Virus record (IMG/VR): IMGVR_UViG_3300027242_000010
Location: 1 to 37,584 of that record
Origin: a virus
Lineage: Duplodnaviria; Caudoviricetes
Strand: one strand, 5' to 3'
DNA length: 37,584 nucleotides
Part shown: piece by piece, positions 36,074 to 37,584 of the stretch
Layout: each line of letters opens with the position of its first letter
How positions within the stretch are numbered: position 1 is the first letter of the stretch
Notes under the pieces: model-generated
What the model saw: only the letters and a program-made list of their open reading frames with translations
Database searches by the model: none
Told to the model about the DNA's origin: nothing
Translations under genes and position numbers: made by a program

Positions 36074-37504
36074 ATGAAATTCGTAGACGCATTAAGACAA
36101 GAAGACCAGTTAACTGAAAATGGAATGGCAACCAACTCAACATCTTTAAATGCATGCGTTGATTTGTTCTTTAATATTGGAGCAATGCGTGGCCAAGACA
36201 AAACCCGCTTAATTGCAACTTTCTCAAAGGCTTTCAATGAAGATCCTAAAAGAGCCTTAAAATTATTATTCTGGGCTAGAGATGTTCGTGGTGGAGCTGG
36301 AGAACGTCAAGTTTTTAAAGACATTTTAGTCTACTTAGCCGAAAACCACGATCTCGTTTTAAAGAGCAATCTACAATACGTTTCAGAATATGGTCGTTGG
36401 GATGACTTACTAGCCTTAGTAGGAACCTATCTTGAAAAAGATGCATTTACCCTAATTTCAGATGCCTTAATCGCTGAAAATGGTTTATGCGCAAAATGGA
36501 TGCCACGTAAAGGTGCAGTCGCTGAAAAGTTACGTAAATTTACTGGAATGTCTCCAAAACAATACCGTAAATCTCTTGTAGGTTTAACTAATGTTGTTGA
36601 AACCAAAATGTGTGCTAAAGACTGGGATTCTATCGATTTCGGTAAATTACCATCAGTCGCTTCGGCTAGGTATCAAAAAGCCTTTGGTAAAAATGCATAC
36701 GAAAGTTATTCAGCTTATATTGCTTCCCTAGTAAAAGGAGAGGCTAAAATTAATGCTGGAGCAGTTTACCCTTATGATGTTACTAAGTCGTTAGATCACG
36801 GTAACAAAACTGTTGCAAACGAACAATGGAAAGCCTTACCAAACTATTTGGAAGGTGCAAACGATATGATTCTGCCAGTTGTGGATGTTTCAGGTTCTAT
36901 GTCTTCTCCAGCCGGAGGAAGTAAAACCGTAACTTGCATGGATGTTGCAATCTCGTTAGGTCTCTATATTTCTGAAAGAAATGAAGGTCCTTTCAAAGAT
37001 GCATTTATCACATTCTCAAGTACGCCACAATTGCAGGTATTAAGTGGTACCCTAAGTGATCGCTACACACAGATGGCAAGCTCCGATTGGGGAATGTCAA
37101 CGAATCTTGAGGCGACGTTTAAATTGATCCTGGATCAAGCCACTAAACATAATCTGTCTCAGGACGAAATGCCAAATAAGGTATTAATCCTATCGGATAT
37201 GGAGTTCAATGCAGCAACCGGAGGTGGAGGTTGGAGAAATGAAGGTGGAAAATGGACACCTACTGCTCAACAAATGATTGAGAAAATGTACAACGACGCA
37301 GGTTATAAAGTACCTCAAATTGTTTATTGGAATATTCAATCCAGAAATGGTGGAATACCAGTCGCATTTGATACTCAAGGAACTGCTCTAGTATCTGGAT
37401 TCTCTCCAGCGATTATGACAAGTTTACTTGGAGGAGATATTGAATCTCCACAACAAATAATGGATAAAACAATTTTAAGCGAGAGATACGCGAGAATTTG
37501 TTAA
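36074..37504 (+). CDS. DUF2828-type helical domain plus vWA protein (TROVE/Ro60-like architecture)
   Basis: TENG, DLFF, ARDVRGGAGER, YGRWDDL, AKWMPR; MIDAS motifs DVSGSM, W..STN and SDMEF; YWN and VSGFS. Confidence 0.8.
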   Translation: MKFVDALRQEDQLTENGMATNSTSLNACVDLFFNIGAMRGQDKTRLIATFSKAFNEDPKRALKLLFWARDVRGGAGERQVFKDILVYLAENHDLVLKSNLQYVSEYGRWDDLLALVGTYLEKDAFTLISDALIAENGLCAKWMPRKGAVAEKLRKFTGMSPKQYRKSLVGLTNVVETKMCAKDWDSIDFGKLPSVASARYQKAFGKNAYESYSAYIASLVKGEAKINAGAVYPYDVTKSLDHGNKTVANEQWKALPNYLEGANDMILPVVDVSGSMSSPAGGSKTVTCMDVAISLGLYISERNEGPFKDAFITFSSTPQLQVLSGTLSDRYTQMASSDWGMSTNLEATFKLILDQATKHNLSQDEMPNKVLILSDMEFNAATGGGGWRNEGGKWTPTAQQMIEKMYNDAGYKVPQIVYWNIQSRNGGIPVAFDTQGTALVSGFSPAIMTSLLGGDIESPQQIMDKTILSERYARIC

Positions 37505-37516
37505 TATATAAAGAAA

Positions 37517-37576
37517 TTGGTTCTTTGCAGCAAACAATATACAAGCAAATCAGATAGCAATCACGAACAGAACCAG
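37517..37576 (+). ncRNA. Candidate small RNA downstream of the DUF2828/vWA gene
   Basis: ATATATAA at 37504, then TTGGTTCT/AGAACCAG closes a loop with three AGCAA copies. May continue past the window edge. Confidence 0.4.
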
Positions 37577-37584
37577 GTGGATCG

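Noticed and set aside
2394-37378. Many short nested or antisense ORFs in the track (e.g. 7782-8171, 9577-10014, 14360-14731, 27290-27811)
   Set aside because: They lie within well-supported genes and have no motifs or leaders; they are shadows of codon bias.
1-37584. Stop-codon reassignment
   Set aside because: Conserved genes are full length in the standard code, and TAA, TAG and TGA all end genes at sensible positions.

Overview
AT-rich segment of a large T4-like myovirus (likely jumbo phage) read in the standard code. The host is probably a Bacteroidota member, inferred from TAnnTTT(G/A)-type promoters and A-rich leaders without Shine-Dalgarno sites. Gene order: replication (clamp loader subunits, RNase H/5'-3' exonuclease); virion assembly (gp14-like neck fused to LamG, TerS, TerL, sheath, tube, gp26/gp51-like pair, tape measure); a CCA-less tRNA-Ser(TGA); an accessory block (phosphoesterases, AAA+ ATPase, GT2, CCA-type nucleotidyltransferase, DenV, NEIL1-like glycosylase, guanylate kinase, PD-(D/E)xK protein, ECF sigma factor); three paralogous LamG proteins; and a DUF2828/vWA gene followed by a probable small RNA. 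The best leads are: (1) a zinc-ribbon gene behind the tRNA, enclosed by a perfect 14-bp inverted repeat and led by a G-U-rich three-way-junction RNA; (2) three promoter classes, including AAAC-N17-TATAA, possibly read by the phage ECF sigma; (3) the DUF2828 plus small-RNA pair; (4) a glycosylase resembling vertebrate NEIL1; (5) a metallophosphoesterase with most metal ligands replaced; (6) a possible +1 frameshift in the gp26/gp51 pair. All family calls come from motif recognition by eye; no database searches were run.
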